DNA from: Spirochaetia bacterium
GTDB taxonomy: Bacteria; Spirochaetota; Spirochaetia; SZUA-6; Bin103
Direction: 5' to 3'
Assembly (NCBI GenBank): GCA_965203905.1
Contig: CBDBDQ010000005.1
Location: 4,160,001-4,224,000, forward strand
Length of the DNA: 64,000 nt
Part shown: positions 47,877-60,954 of the stretch, one piece after another
Layout: every line of letters starts with the position of its first letter
How positions within the stretch are numbered: the stretch's first letter is position 1
The notes under the pieces: model-generated
Database searches by the model: none
What the model was told of the DNA's origin: nothing
Seen by the model: the letters and a program-made list of their open reading frames with translations, nothing else
Translations under genes and position numbers: made by a program

Positions 47877-49424
47877 TCAGGCGGGAGCCACGTCGAAGGC
47901 CGTGATGTCGCGGCTTTCGGCGCTGACTTCCACGCCGATCAGATGCACCGCTCGGCCCGGGGAGCGGTGCTTGTCGGCATACCTCCGCGCCTTGAGTTGC
48001 GTCAGCGCGGCGCCTCGTTCCGACCGCTCCGCCACCTTGAACTCGAACAGACACGCGTTGCCATTGATCCGTACCGCCAGGTCCAGCCGGCCGCGGCTCG
48101 ACGCGTCCTCCACCGACACGTAGTCCAGCGACGCCTGGAAGAAGGCGTAGAACACGCTCGCCCAGTACCCTTCGTAGCGGGCGATGTCGTTGCGGCGGTG
48201 CCAGTCGTGGGGGATGCCCGCCAGCAGCGTGCGCAACAGCGCCTCCAAGCCCGGCCAGTCCTCCGCCGCCAGCAGTCGCCGCAGCGCCCCGCCGTCCGCA
48301 GCGCGCCGCCAGTTCGGCGCCAGCGCGTCGAGCAGGCTCCCGTTCAGGCCCCGTCTCACTTCCCGGTTGGGATACCCCAGACGATACCGCAACGGGCCGC
48401 CGTTCCGCTCCACGTCCACGATCGTCAGATAGCCGGTCTGAAACAGCAGCGCCTCCGGGGCGATGTGGTCGATGTCGAAGGACGACAGCAGGGCGGAGTC
48501 GGCAAGGACGTGTTCCAGGTCCGGGGCGGTGAAGCCGCGCCGAATCAGCGTCTCCACCAGGAATCTCGGCGTCGCGGTCTCGAACCAATGCTCTTCGAAC
48601 TCGCGGCTGCGGAACAGCTTGAGCAGGCCGTAGGGGTTGTAGACCGGCTCGGCGCCCCGCCAGCAGTAGCCGTTGTACCACGCGCGGATAGCGTCCCGGT
48701 CCAGGCCCGGCAGCTCGGGCGCGAACACCGCGTCCAGGTCCGCCTCCGTGTAGCCGCAGATCGCCGAGTAGGCCGGGTCCAGGGTGAGATCGGTAAGGTT
48801 GTTCAGGTCCGAGAACAGGCTCACCTTGCTGAACTTGCTCACGCCGGTGATGAAGGTAAGCTCCACGTAGGCGTCGCACGCCTTGATCGTCCCGTACAGA
48901 CCGCGCAGGTCGTCGCGGTTGGTGCGCGCGATCTCCGGCTCGTCCATCGCATCCAGGATCGGCTTGTCGTACTCGTCCACCAGCACGACTACCCGCCGGC
49001 CGGCGTGCTCGCTCAGCGCTTCGATCAGGCGGCGGAACCGCACCGGGGCGCTGATGCCGGGCGCATCGACGCCGGCCCGCCGACCCGTGTCCTCGATCTG
49101 CGCGACCGCGCTCTCCTCCAGGACGCCGGGCCGCTTGAAGTTGCCGCTGCTGAAGTCCAGCCGCACCACCGGATGGCGTCTGGACCATTCCCAGCCAGCG
49201 TGGACGGCCAGGCCGCGGAACAGCGCCTCGCTGCCCTCGAACAGCTCCTTGAGCGTGTCGACGAACAGGCTCTTGCCGAACCGGCGGGGGCGCGACAGGA
49301 AGAAGTGCTTGCCGCCTTCGTCCACGAGTTGGCGCGCGTAGGCGGTCTTGTCGACGTAGTAGTAGTCTTCCTCGCGGATACGTCGGAAGGTCTGGATGCC
49401 GATGGGGAGCCTGCGTCTGCCCAT
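47877..49424 (-). CDS. AAA-family ATPase with C-terminal PD-(D/E)XK nuclease
   Basis: LPIGIQTF, YYVDKT, SRPRRFGKS, LVDEYDKP, GRLDL...FEFK. Confidence 0.93.
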   Translation of the reverse strand: MGRRRLPIGIQTFRRIREEDYYYVDKTAYARQLVDEGGKHFFLSRPRRFGKSLFVDTLKELFEGSEALFRGLAVHAGWEWSRRHPVVRLDFSSGNFKRPGVLEESAVAQIEDTGRRAGVDAPGISAPVRFRRLIEALSEHAGRRVVVLVDEYDKPILDAMDEPEIARTNRDDLRGLYGTIKACDAYVELTFITGVSKFSKVSLFSDLNNLTDLTLDPAYSAICGYTEADLDAVFAPELPGLDRDAIRAWYNGYCWRGAEPVYNPYGLLKLFRSREFEEHWFETATPRFLVETLIRRGFTAPDLEHVLADSALLSSFDIDHIAPEALLFQTGYLTIVDVERNGGPLRYRLGYPNREVRRGLNGSLLDALAPNWRRAADGGALRRLLAAEDWPGLEALLRTLLAGIPHDWHRRNDIARYEGYWASVFYAFFQASLDYVSVEDASSRGRLDLAVRINGNACLFEFKVAERSERGAALTQLKARRYADKHRSPGRAVHLIGVEVSAESRDITAFDVAPA

Positions 49425-49915
49425 GGCGGCACCCTACGCCGTTCGATCAGCCTCCGCAACCAATACGCCCACGTGGCCGCGTGAGGAAGCCGCCACCTCA
49501 CTTGAGTCAGCACGGTCACTCCGTGACACGGAGAGACCATGAAAACGGCGCATGGGGCCAGTGCACGGTGGCCGCCATTTTCGGACCAGGGCACAGTGTG
49601 CAAGTAGAGAGTTCCGACGACCGTACGGCGCACGATTACCGGATGCCAGCGCGCCTTCTCCCGGTGCCGGTAGCGGGAGACGCGCGCGGACGGGAACGAC
49701 TCACGAGTTGCAACGCAAGGGCGGAACCAGGGGACAGTCAGGCACTCAGGCAGGTGTTACCCCATTATGTGGCACCGGCGTGATGCAGGGGCATTCGGCC
49801 CGCTATGCTGCGCTGGCGGCGGCTCCATAAGCGAGTTGCCACGTTTTGGGGTCGCATCCCACTCAGGCAAGTCTTGACAGGGGCGTTTCAGAACTCCGAC
49901 TCTTCGTCCGCCGGC

Positions 49916-50668
49916 ATGGAACTGTATCTCATCAGACACGGGCAGTCGGCCAACAACCTGAGAAAGCAGGCCTTAGCAAAACAGGCACTGGCCGAGCACC
50001 CGCGCACTTCGCCCGCGACATCCGTGCCGCGCATGGCTGACCCGCCGCTAACGGATCTCGGCGAGCTGCAGGCGCGATTGGCCGGCGAGTCACTCAGGGA
50101 CGAGGGGATCACCAGACTGTACTGCGGGCCGATGCTGCGAACCCTGAAGACGGCGCAGATCATCGGCCGCTACCCAAGCTCTCCCCCCACGTGTTCGTTG
50201 GACTTCACGAGTGGGCGGCGTGTGGGAACCGCGCGACGCCGCCAACAGCGTTCAGCTCCCCGGACTAACCCGGAAGGAAATGAGCGCGCTGTTTCCCGGC
50301 TTCGCGCTACCCGCCGACGTCACCGACCGCGGCTGGTGGTTCCACAACTGGGAGGGCGACCGGGCGATGCTGGACCTCACCCATCGCAATGCGCTGGCGT
50401 TCGTCGCCCACCGGAAGCCCACCACATCGACACGGAGGAACGGGTAGCCGCGATCCTGCACGGAGGGTCCGGGTCAAGTCTCGTCAGTGCGCTGTTCGGC
50501 ATCCCGGCGAAGTGGCCGGGCAGTGCGAACGTGGAGACGGCCTCGCGCTACGCACGCTTCGTCCACGAAAACGCCGGGGCGAGCCGGATCTCGATCACCT
50601 TGGAATGCCGGCAGCTGCGCTACCTGAACCGCATCGATCACCTGAGCGATACGGCGCTGCAGTCGTAA
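49916..50668 (+). pseudogene. second, frameshifted copy of the histidine phosphatase
   Basis: Same start/end as 47020-47769; frame shifts near 50175, 50215 and 50412 relative to the intact copy. Confidence 0.8.
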
Positions 50669-51300
50669 CCGCTACAGCCGGGGATAGATTAGGATGTGCG
50701 GTTGCCGGATCGGAGGACAGGTTGCCGTGGCTTCAGCCGCGCCTATGATCGTCGTCCTTCCGAGCGCATCTATCGATCGGGAACGGTAGATGCGGTTCTG
50801 CAGGACTGCTCGGTCGAGATCTGCGACGGCACGCTGCGCAGGTTCATGCGTCCCTCAGATGTCAGTGACCGCGACGTAACGGTTCTGCGCCGGAGGCACC
50901 CAGTGCTGGCGCACTTTTTGGATCACGCAGTTCGGGCGTAATCCTGCGAACTGCGAGGTCATGTCCCAGGCGCTCTTTTTCACGCATATAGAGGCTGAGT
51001 TTCCATCACCCGAGTACTCGGCGCTCGGCGGACACTACTCATCCCCCGATGACTATGGGGCGGAGTAGAGGAGTTCAACGATTGGTGTGCGGAGTTGGCC
51101 CGTGTGTTATGTGCGCTCTGTGAGATGATGGGAGTTCCGGGAATTACATATTGGTCGTAACAGCCAGGGACGAAATTCAGCACTTGACGGCACCGGAAGG
51201 ACTTGCTGGTCTGGAGCACCGACAGTGCTGCACGTTGACCTAATCCGTGGGGACGGGCTACGATAGGAGACGGTCGGGGAAGTAAAGTCCCCGGCACGAG

Positions 51301-51376
51301 ACGCCCGTAGCTCAAACGGACGGAGCAACGTGGATTTACGACCCGTAGGTTGCAGGTTTGAGCCCTGCCGGGCGTG
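51301..51376 (+). tRNA. degenerate tRNA-Arg(ACG)-like element (probable pseudo-tRNA)
   Basis: Perfect acceptor stem ACGCCCG/CGGGCGT, D arm GCTC/GAGC, T stem GCAGG/CCTGC; T loop TTTGAGC and bulged anticodon stem are non-canonical; no CCA. Confidence 0.7.
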
Positions 51377-51469
51377 TCGCCTGACCAGACCATATCAGAC
51401 CGGTCGATTCATGTCAGGCCAGAACCGCTGGGAAGGCTGCCGGGAAGCCGACCGGGAGATGAAGAACAG

Positions 51470-51652
51470 GTGCAACACACATTATCGAGGAAAGCTGCCC
51501 AAGTCGTGACATGTCGTAAGTGTCGGGCCGAGAGCCGGATAAAATACCAACCGTACGACGGGACGATCAGCATGCCGTGCTGGTCGTGTGGAACATCGCT
51601 TGAGATAGACCTTGGGGTGCCAGTGATACCATGGCCAAAATCTCGAAAGTAA
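51470..51652 (+). CDS. small zinc-ribbon protein
   Basis: 60 aa with CRKC and CWSC pairs. Confidence 0.5.
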   Translation: MQHTLSRKAAQVVTCRKCRAESRIKYQPYDGTISMPCWSCGTSLEIDLGVPVIPWPKSRK

Positions 51653-51768
51653 ACTGACGCTCTACCGTCCTGGCCTCCCACTTGACACTTTGACGCCCGT
51701 CTGATAAGGTGGACGCATGATCGAAAACAGCAATACCACCGCGCTCATCACGTTCGGAGGTTGAGATT

Positions 51769-52899
51769 GTGGACCCTGCCCTTGAAGGGATAGACTTGGT
51801 CGATCGCATGACCGAGGTCTCTAAACGTATGCGTGCGCGTCTGGATCGCGTGAGCACCGAGGAGGCAACTAAGAATGCGTTGGTGATGCCGTTCATCAAC
51901 AACGTGCTGGGTTACAACGTTTTCGATCCACATGAGGTTGTTCCGGAATACACTACCGACGTCGGTACCAAGAAGGGCGAGAAGGTAGATTACGCCCTCA
52001 TGCAGGATGACGATCCGATCGTGCTGTTCGAATGCAAGAAGTATCAGACCAACCTGGATGATGAGCCGGCATCGCAACTTTATCGATACTTCAGCGTTTC
52101 GCAAGCACGGTTTGGGGTGCTGACTGATGGTGTCGTCTATCGGTTTTTTGCTGATCTTGATGAAGCCAACAAGATGGACCCGAAGCCGTTCTTTGAGATC
52201 AATATGCTGGATTTCACCGACGCGGAGGTCGAAGGTCTGAGACGGTTCACGAAGCCGTTCTTTAACTTGGATCAGATACTCAGCACTGCCAAGGATCTGA
52301 AGTACACCCGTGAGATCAAGCGCATTCTAACTAACGAGTGGTCCGACCCGTCAGAAGAGTTCGTGCGGTTTATTGCGGGTCAGGTCTACTCGGGACCGAG
52401 GACAAAGGCTATCATCGAGCAATTCTCTCGCATCACCAAGCGTGCTCTTAGTCAGTTCCTTAACGAACGTATAAACGCACGCCTTACGTCGGCGCTACAA
52501 GAAGCACCAGCAGAACCACCAAGTGAAGATGATGTGAAGCCAGATTCTGAAACTCCGGATGAGGATGACGGAATCATCACCACTGAGGATGAATGGCAGG
52601 CATTCTTCATCCTAAAGGCAATCTTGATGTCAGAGGTGTCTCCTGATCGTGTAACCATCAGAGACCGTAAGACCTACTGCGGGATCTTGCTCGACAATAA
52701 TACCCGCAAGCCGATCTGTCGACTCTACTTCAACCGTAAGCAGAAGTACATACGTCTCTTCGACGGAGAGTCTCAAGAACGCGTATCGATCGATTCCTTA
52801 GATGATCTCTTTCGATACGGCGATAGGTTCAAGGCCACATTGAAGTCGTACGAAACCGCCGATTCCGATTCTGAGACAGCTACCAGAGGGGACAACTAA
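51769..52899 (+). CDS. type I restriction enzyme HsdR N-terminal-domain (PD-(D/E)XK) protein, stand-alone
   Basis: TEEATKNALVMPFI..LGY.VFDP.EV.PEY..DVGTKKGEKVDYA, ECK, QLYRYF, LTDG, LLDNN.RKPICRL.FN. Confidence 0.88.
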   Translation: MDPALEGIDLVDRMTEVSKRMRARLDRVSTEEATKNALVMPFINNVLGYNVFDPHEVVPEYTTDVGTKKGEKVDYALMQDDDPIVLFECKKYQTNLDDEPASQLYRYFSVSQARFGVLTDGVVYRFFADLDEANKMDPKPFFEINMLDFTDAEVEGLRRFTKPFFNLDQILSTAKDLKYTREIKRILTNEWSDPSEEFVRFIAGQVYSGPRTKAIIEQFSRITKRALSQFLNERINARLTSALQEAPAEPPSEDDVKPDSETPDEDDGIITTEDEWQAFFILKAILMSEVSPDRVTIRDRKTYCGILLDNNTRKPICRLYFNRKQKYIRLFDGESQERVSIDSLDDLFRYGDRFKATLKSYETADSDSETATRGDN

Positions 52900-53228
52900 A
52901 TGAGCAAACTAGAACGGGTCGGCAAGGCTTGCGTCCAACATCGGCAAGCATGTAAGAGGCTTGAGGATGCACGCAAGAATATGAAGAATTTGGGCGAGGA
53001 AATGAAGCAACTGCAAGCACACTCCATGACATAGCCGACGTGCCAGATAGCCTAGTGTCAACAGGCAGCAACCTCGAACGAAAAGGGACAAACGGCGGTT
53101 GGACCAACGTAGCATCTTACCCGTCATTTGAGGAATTGAAAGCCGCCGCCGACGCGGTTCGGGACGCCACGAACGCTCTTGCGGATGCCGACAGCAGATT
53201 TGAACATGAGCTAAGTGTCATAGAATAA
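52900..53228 (+). pseudogene. frameshifted hypothetical (coiled-coil) gene
   Basis: ATG 52900 directly after the previous stop gives 44 aa; an overlapping frame continues to 53228. Confidence 0.4.
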
Positions 53229-53299
53229 CACCTAAGCCGGCAGGAGCCAGCATGTTGGTTGCATGCTGGAGGGCCGGCCGTCCACCAAGCAGTGCGATA

Positions 53300-53430
53300 C
53301 GCCCGAATCTACCAGAGGATGGCGACCTGCAACAACATCGTACTGGCGCTGATCCTGCACCACCGCCGCTGGGACAACGCCGCGCAGGCTCTGCGCTACT
53401 TCAGCCTTCAAGGCGCTGCTGGCGCACGTC
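53300..53430 (+). pseudogene. possible 3' remnant of an ISAs1-type transposase
   Basis: ATCNNIVLALILHHRRWDNAAQALRYF resembles ISAs1 C-termini (recalled, unverified). Confidence 0.35.
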
Positions 53431-53751
53431 TGAGGCGACCTCAGAACACCGCTACGCCAAGTCCCGCCAGCGACCTCTTCTGCTTCCGAATCCTACATTG
53501 CGCCAGCACTCTGAAGCAGTAGCGCTCCCGCACGCCTCTTTGATCCACACTCTGCTGCTACCGGCCCCAGTTACTGCTATTGGGGGCGCCACAGCACGTC
53601 CCGAATCCCCGAATCGTCCACTGCATCCGTCAGTTCCATCTCGCCAAGCCTCAGTGCCCTACTCGGCCACCTTCTTGCCGATGTTCGCATCAGTGCGCTC
53701 GTCACTCAGCCAAAGCATGGGATCGCCGTGGGATGATCCGGGGATCGGTGC

Positions 53752-54099
53752 CTACCGCAGGCCGAATTGGGCTTTGGAGACCACCCGACGATTCTGGAGC
53801 ATGACGTTCATGTTGCCGCCGTCACTGTTCTCCCACTGAATCATGACGGTAACGTGGCCGAGCATCTCAGACTCCGCTATGACCTCCCCCGGTGCCCCGA
53901 TGATCGCGGTTACCTGGCTGCGCGTCATACCCATCTTGATCTGGTTGAACTCGGCGAGCGTTGCGACTTGAGGAATGAGCCGCGCCTGTTACTCGGCTTC
54001 CAACTGTCGTTGGAACCGCTCCCAAGCGGCGTCCGCCTCCCTGTTTCCACAGGCTGCCAGCAACAGCCTGGCGGGACCGAGAACAATCCGGTGAAGCAA
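53752..54099 (-). pseudogene. DUF3862/BLIP-like lipoprotein with internal stop
   Basis: LLLAAC lipobox, in-frame TAA at 53989-53991, then TLAEFNQIKMGMT..QV..IIG.PG...SKAQFGL. Confidence 0.65.
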
Positions 54100-55075
54100 C
54101 TGTCTACTGGGCCGCACGGATACGCCCGGGGGCGTTCACGACCGCGACATCCCCGTACCGGAGTCGTTTCCCCACGATCCCGAGCATCTGGACCTCGGTG
54201 TCCGCGTCACGTTGGTTGTGCCGACCGGCGAACTCGTTCACGTACCGCTGCCGGTGCGCCGGGCTCATCCGGTGGTGGGTGCCGTAGTAGCCCCGCTTCA
54301 ACATCGACCAGAACGACTCGACCCCGTTGATGTGCGCCTGCTCGTTCACGTACTCCCCGACGCTGTACCGGACTGTCCGGCGCTGGAACGGGAGTCTACG
54401 GTAAGCAGTGTTGTCGTCCGTGAAGATCTCCGCTCCCTCATCGGCCGTATCCATCACGAAGTTCTGCAGCACCCACGCGGTAGTGTCCGGCATCACCCTG
54501 GCGGTGATCTGGCCTGAAGCCTGATCGCGGGCGGCCGCGACGGCCGTCCGCCACTCAGTCCGAGTCGCTTGCTGGAGTGCTTGTTCTTTTCGAGCCCGCC
54601 GAAGAACGCCTCGTCGACCTCGACCGGTCCAGTTCGCCCCTGCCCCCAGCAAGCCCGGATCCGCATCGCCATGAACCAAGCGGACTTCTGGGTGATCCCG
54701 AGATCCCGGTGGACGTACATGCTGCTGGTGCCTTTTAGGTTCGTGGCCATCAGGTAGAGCGCGAACACTCACTTCTGGAGACCGATGTTGCTACTCTCCA
54801 TCACGGTCACAACCTTCACGCTGAAGAACGGCCGGCACTTACTGCAGTGGTACGTCATGCTGGCGTGGGTCCGACGGTGAACCGTCTCGGTCTGGTGGCG
54901 GTGGGGGCAGCGGGGACCGCAGGCCAACGACCCTCACTGAACCAGCGTTCCGCAGCTGCATCGTCCGGGAACATCCTGGCGAGCTCAATCAGGGAGATGC
55001 CCTTCGATAGGCTCGGCCGGGTCCCTTCGAGCTCTCGATTGTTGAGGCTCATCGACAGCGACTGTCAGACAGTTG
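54097..55075 (-). mobile_element. degenerate IS1595-family (ISXO2-like) element
   Basis: ISLIEL..MFPDD.AAERWF, HRDLGITQKSAWFM, VEVDEAFFGG, FTDD..AY, HINGVESFWSMLKRG, YVNEFAGRHN; frameshifted; 9-bp inverted repeat CAACTGTCT/AGACAGTTG at the ends. Confidence 0.88.
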
Positions 55076-55103
55076 GAACGCTACGGCGGCTCGCGCGTAA
55101 CCG

Positions 55104-57782
<2,679 letters not shown>

Positions 57783-57917
57783 CGGGTTACCTCGTCTTCG
57801 TCATGGTGGGATTGCGCGTTAGAGACGTGGGAGAGTGGGCGCGGTTTCGCGCCTGTCACGCTGCACGGAACCTAAAGAAACCGCTGCTCTCTGTCAAATG
57901 CGGCCGCGTGACCCAAG

Positions 57918-60056
57918 TCAACCGGAGCCGAGGCGGCGCTTGAGGTCGGCGAACAGGGCACTGACCTGCTCGGGCGCCAGTTCCTCCTCGTCCGTGGCGC
58001 CGTCCACCAGGTCCGCGGGGATCTCCTGCAGAAAGCGTGATGGCTCGGTGGCGAACTCCTCGGGGCGGCCGCCGCCGACCCGCCGCCGGCGCGTGCCGGG
58101 GCAGGTGATGAACAGGCGGCGGCGGGCGCGGGTGGCGGCCACGTAGAACAGGCGCCGCTCCTCCTCGAGGTTCGCCTCGCTGTCCGCCAGCGAGCGCGCG
58201 TGCGGGATGGAGCCGTCGTCGGCGCCGGCGATGAACACGGTGTCGAACTCCAGCCCCTTGGCGGCGTGGATGGTCATGAGCTGCACCCGGCCGCGCGCGT
58301 CGCCGCCGCGGTCGGGGGAGTCGTCGTCCCGGCTCACCAGCGCGGTGCGCGCCAGGTAGTCCGCCAGGGTGGGCTCGATCCGGTCGGGGTGCTTCTCGAA
58401 GTCGGCCAGCGAGTCGATCACCGCGTCGACGTTGGCCAGCTTCCAGCGCGCCACGTCGAGACGGGTGCCGTCCAGCAGGTGGTTGCGGTACTGCAGCTCT
58501 TCCACCAGCTCCGCGAGCACCGGCGCCATGGCCCGGCTCCGCTCGGCGCCGCGGATGCGCGCCGCGTAGCGTTCCAGCAGCTCGACCAGCTCCCCGGTCA
58601 AGGTCGCCAATCTTGCCTGCGCACTCGCCACCTTGCCGCTGCCGAGCAGCACCATGGCCGAGAACAACGAGCAGTCGTGCGCCGCCGCGGTTGCGGCGAT
58701 GTGCTCCAAGGCTGCGGCGCCGAGACCGCGGCGCGGCGTGTTGACGATGCGCCGCATGCTGACGTCGTCGTCCGGGTTGGCGAGCACCCGCAGGTAGGCG
58801 ACCAGGTCGCGCACCTCGCGGCGGCTGAAGAAGCTCATGCCCCCGGACACCTGGTAGGCGATGTTTTCGCGCAGCAGCACCTCCTCCAGGGCGCGGGTGA
58901 GGCTGTTGGCGCGCACCAGCACCGCGCAGTCGGCGTAGCGCAGCCCGCTGCCCAGCGCCAGGCTGCGTATCTGCCGCACGATCCACTCCGCCTCCTCGGT
59001 GTCGCTTTCGGGGTACTCCGCCACCACCCGCGCGCCGGCGCCGCCCCTGCTCCACAGCCGTTTCGGCCGGCGCGCGCTGTTGTGGCTGATGATGGCGTTG
59101 GCGAACGCCAGTATCGATCCCGTCGAGCGGTAGTTCTGCTCCAGCTTGACCTCCAGCCGTTCCGGGAAGTCGCGGCTGAAGTGGTCGAAATTCGCGGCCT
59201 CCGCACCGCGCCAGGAGTAGATCGACTGGTCGTCGTCGCCCACCACGCAGACATTGCGCGCTGCCGCGGTGAAGGCATGCAGGAGCTGGTACTGGCGCCG
59301 CGAAGTATCCTGGAACTCGTCCACCATCACGTGGCTGTAGCGCGCGCGAATGGCGTCGCCGGCGGTTCCGCTCAGCAACTCCAGCGGCAGCAGGATCAGG
59401 TCGTCGAAATCCACCGCCTGGTGCAGGCGCAGCCGGCGGCGGTAGGCGGCGACCAGTCCGCGCAGTTGCTCGCTCGCGGCTTCCAGATCAGGGATGTTGG
59501 CGCCGGCGCCCATGCGCAGACCCGACACCAGCCGCTGCAGCAGCGCGGGGTCGGCGTCCGCGAGATCGGCATCGAGGCGCAGGTCGCCGGCCACCTCGCG
59601 CAGGAGCTGCGCGCTGTCCTGCTGATCGTACACGGTTACCGGCGTCGCGGCGCTGCCGGCGCGGAACCCCAGCTCGGCGCTGTAGCGGCGCACCAACTGC
59701 AGGCCGAAGGCGTGGAAGGTGCACACCGTCGGGACCGCCCGCCGCGCCCGCCGCGAGATGCCGGCCCGTTCGCGCATCTCGGCCGCGGCCTTGTTGGTGA
59801 AGGTCAGGGCGACGATCGCGCGCGGGTCGATTCCGCGCTGCAACAGGCGCGCGAGGCGCGCCGTGATGACGCGGGTCTTGCCCGATCCGGCTCCGGCCAG
59901 CACCATCACCGGCCCGTCAACGGTGTTTACCGCCCGATCCTGTTCCGGATTGAGAGGCACACCGCGGCCGGACAGCGGCGCACCATGGCGGTGCGCGCCG
60001 GCGCGGGTTGCTGCCCGTTCCTGCTCCGGATTGAGGGTCACACCGTGGCCGGACAC
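57918..60056 (-). CDS. UvrD/Rep/PcrA-family DNA helicase
   Basis: LNPEQ, AGAGSGKT, TFTNKAA, DEFQD, GDDDQSIYSWRGA, LEQNYRS, MTIHAAKGLEF, EERRLFYVA.TRA. Confidence 0.96.
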   Translation of the reverse strand: MSGHGVTLNPEQERAATRAGAHRHGAPLSGRGVPLNPEQDRAVNTVDGPVMVLAGAGSGKTRVITARLARLLQRGIDPRAIVALTFTNKAAAEMRERAGISRRARRAVPTVCTFHAFGLQLVRRYSAELGFRAGSAATPVTVYDQQDSAQLLREVAGDLRLDADLADADPALLQRLVSGLRMGAGANIPDLEAASEQLRGLVAAYRRRLRLHQAVDFDDLILLPLELLSGTAGDAIRARYSHVMVDEFQDTSRRQYQLLHAFTAAARNVCVVGDDDQSIYSWRGAEAANFDHFSRDFPERLEVKLEQNYRSTGSILAFANAIISHNSARRPKRLWSRGGAGARVVAEYPESDTEEAEWIVRQIRSLALGSGLRYADCAVLVRANSLTRALEEVLLRENIAYQVSGGMSFFSRREVRDLVAYLRVLANPDDDVSMRRIVNTPRRGLGAAALEHIAATAAAHDCSLFSAMVLLGSGKVASAQARLATLTGELVELLERYAARIRGAERSRAMAPVLAELVEELQYRNHLLDGTRLDVARWKLANVDAVIDSLADFEKHPDRIEPTLADYLARTALVSRDDDSPDRGGDARGRVQLMTIHAAKGLEFDTVFIAGADDGSIPHARSLADSEANLEEERRLFYVAATRARRRLFITCPGTRRRRVGGGRPEEFATEPSRFLQEIPADLVDGATDEEELAPEQVSALFADLKRRLGSG

Positions 60057-60123
60057 CGGCGCACCTTAGCGGCGCCGGCCGGCGCTGGTCAAACCTTCCC
60101 GCACGCGCAACAATGGCGCCGCG

Positions 60124-60891
60124 ATGCATACGGTCGAGTTGCGCGGCGTGAGCTACGCCTACCCCGAAGGCACGGAGCTCGTGTTCCACGATCTATCCCT
60201 GCGCCTGCCGGCGGGAGTAGTGGCCCTGGTGGGCCAGAACGGCACCGGGAAGTCGACCCTGATGCTGCTGGCCAGCGGCATTGCGGTGCCCAGCGACGGC
60301 ACGGTGCTGCTGCGCGGCATCGACACCCAGCGGCTGCGCGATCCGCACACGCGCCAGCGCCACGTGTCCTTGATCCACCAGAACATGGAGTTCGAGACCG
60401 AGCAGTCGATCGGCGATCTGATCGCCTACGTGTACCGCACGGGGTATCACGAGCAGCACAGCGAGGAGTTCGTGCGCGAGCTGGTGGACGTGTTCGAGTT
60501 GCGCGAGGTGCTCCACAAGCGCACCCAGGAAGTGAGCAAGGGCGAGCTGCAGCGCACCCTGTTGGCGTTCTGCCTGCTCTACGGGTCGCGCGTGCTGATG
60601 ATGGACGAGCCGGTGTTCGCACTCGAGGAGCGCCAGAAGCGCATCGTGATGGGCTACCTGTACGAGTATGCCCATCGCGAGCAACTGAGCTGGTACTACT
60701 CGGTGCACGAGCTGGAGCTGTCGCAGGAGTTCTCGGACTACGTGGGGCTGTTCCGTCCCGATCAGCCGCCGCTGATCGGGCCCACCGCCGAGATCCACAC
60801 GCGCGACCGGCTGGAACGCGCCTACGACGTGCCCTACGACTTCCTCAAGCGCCGCGAGGCTCTCTACCGGCAGGCCCTCCGCGGCCTGTAA
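60124..60891 (+). CDS. orphan ABC transporter ATP-binding protein
   Basis: GQNGTGKST, divergent signature VSKGE, LMMDEP, SVHE. Confidence 0.85.
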   Translation: MHTVELRGVSYAYPEGTELVFHDLSLRLPAGVVALVGQNGTGKSTLMLLASGIAVPSDGTVLLRGIDTQRLRDPHTRQRHVSLIHQNMEFETEQSIGDLIAYVYRTGYHEQHSEEFVRELVDVFELREVLHKRTQEVSKGELQRTLLAFCLLYGSRVLMMDEPVFALEERQKRIVMGYLYEYAHREQLSWYYSVHELELSQEFSDYVGLFRPDQPPLIGPTAEIHTRDRLERAYDVPYDFLKRREALYRQALRGL

Positions 60892-60932
60892 CGCCAGACA
60901 ATTACCGGCATTCATACAAATCTGGCGTAGCG

Positions 60933-60954
60933 CTCACAATACCCTAACAATCGA
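60933..60954 (+). promoter_or_regulatory. possible Pho box (11-bp direct repeats)
   Basis: CTCACAATACC-CTAACAATCGA immediately upstream of pstC. Confidence 0.45.

Noticed and set aside
51301-51376. Functional canonical tRNA-Arg serving as the island attachment site
   Set aside because: T loop and anticodon arm are non-canonical, it lies inside the island, and no duplicate of its 3' end was found.
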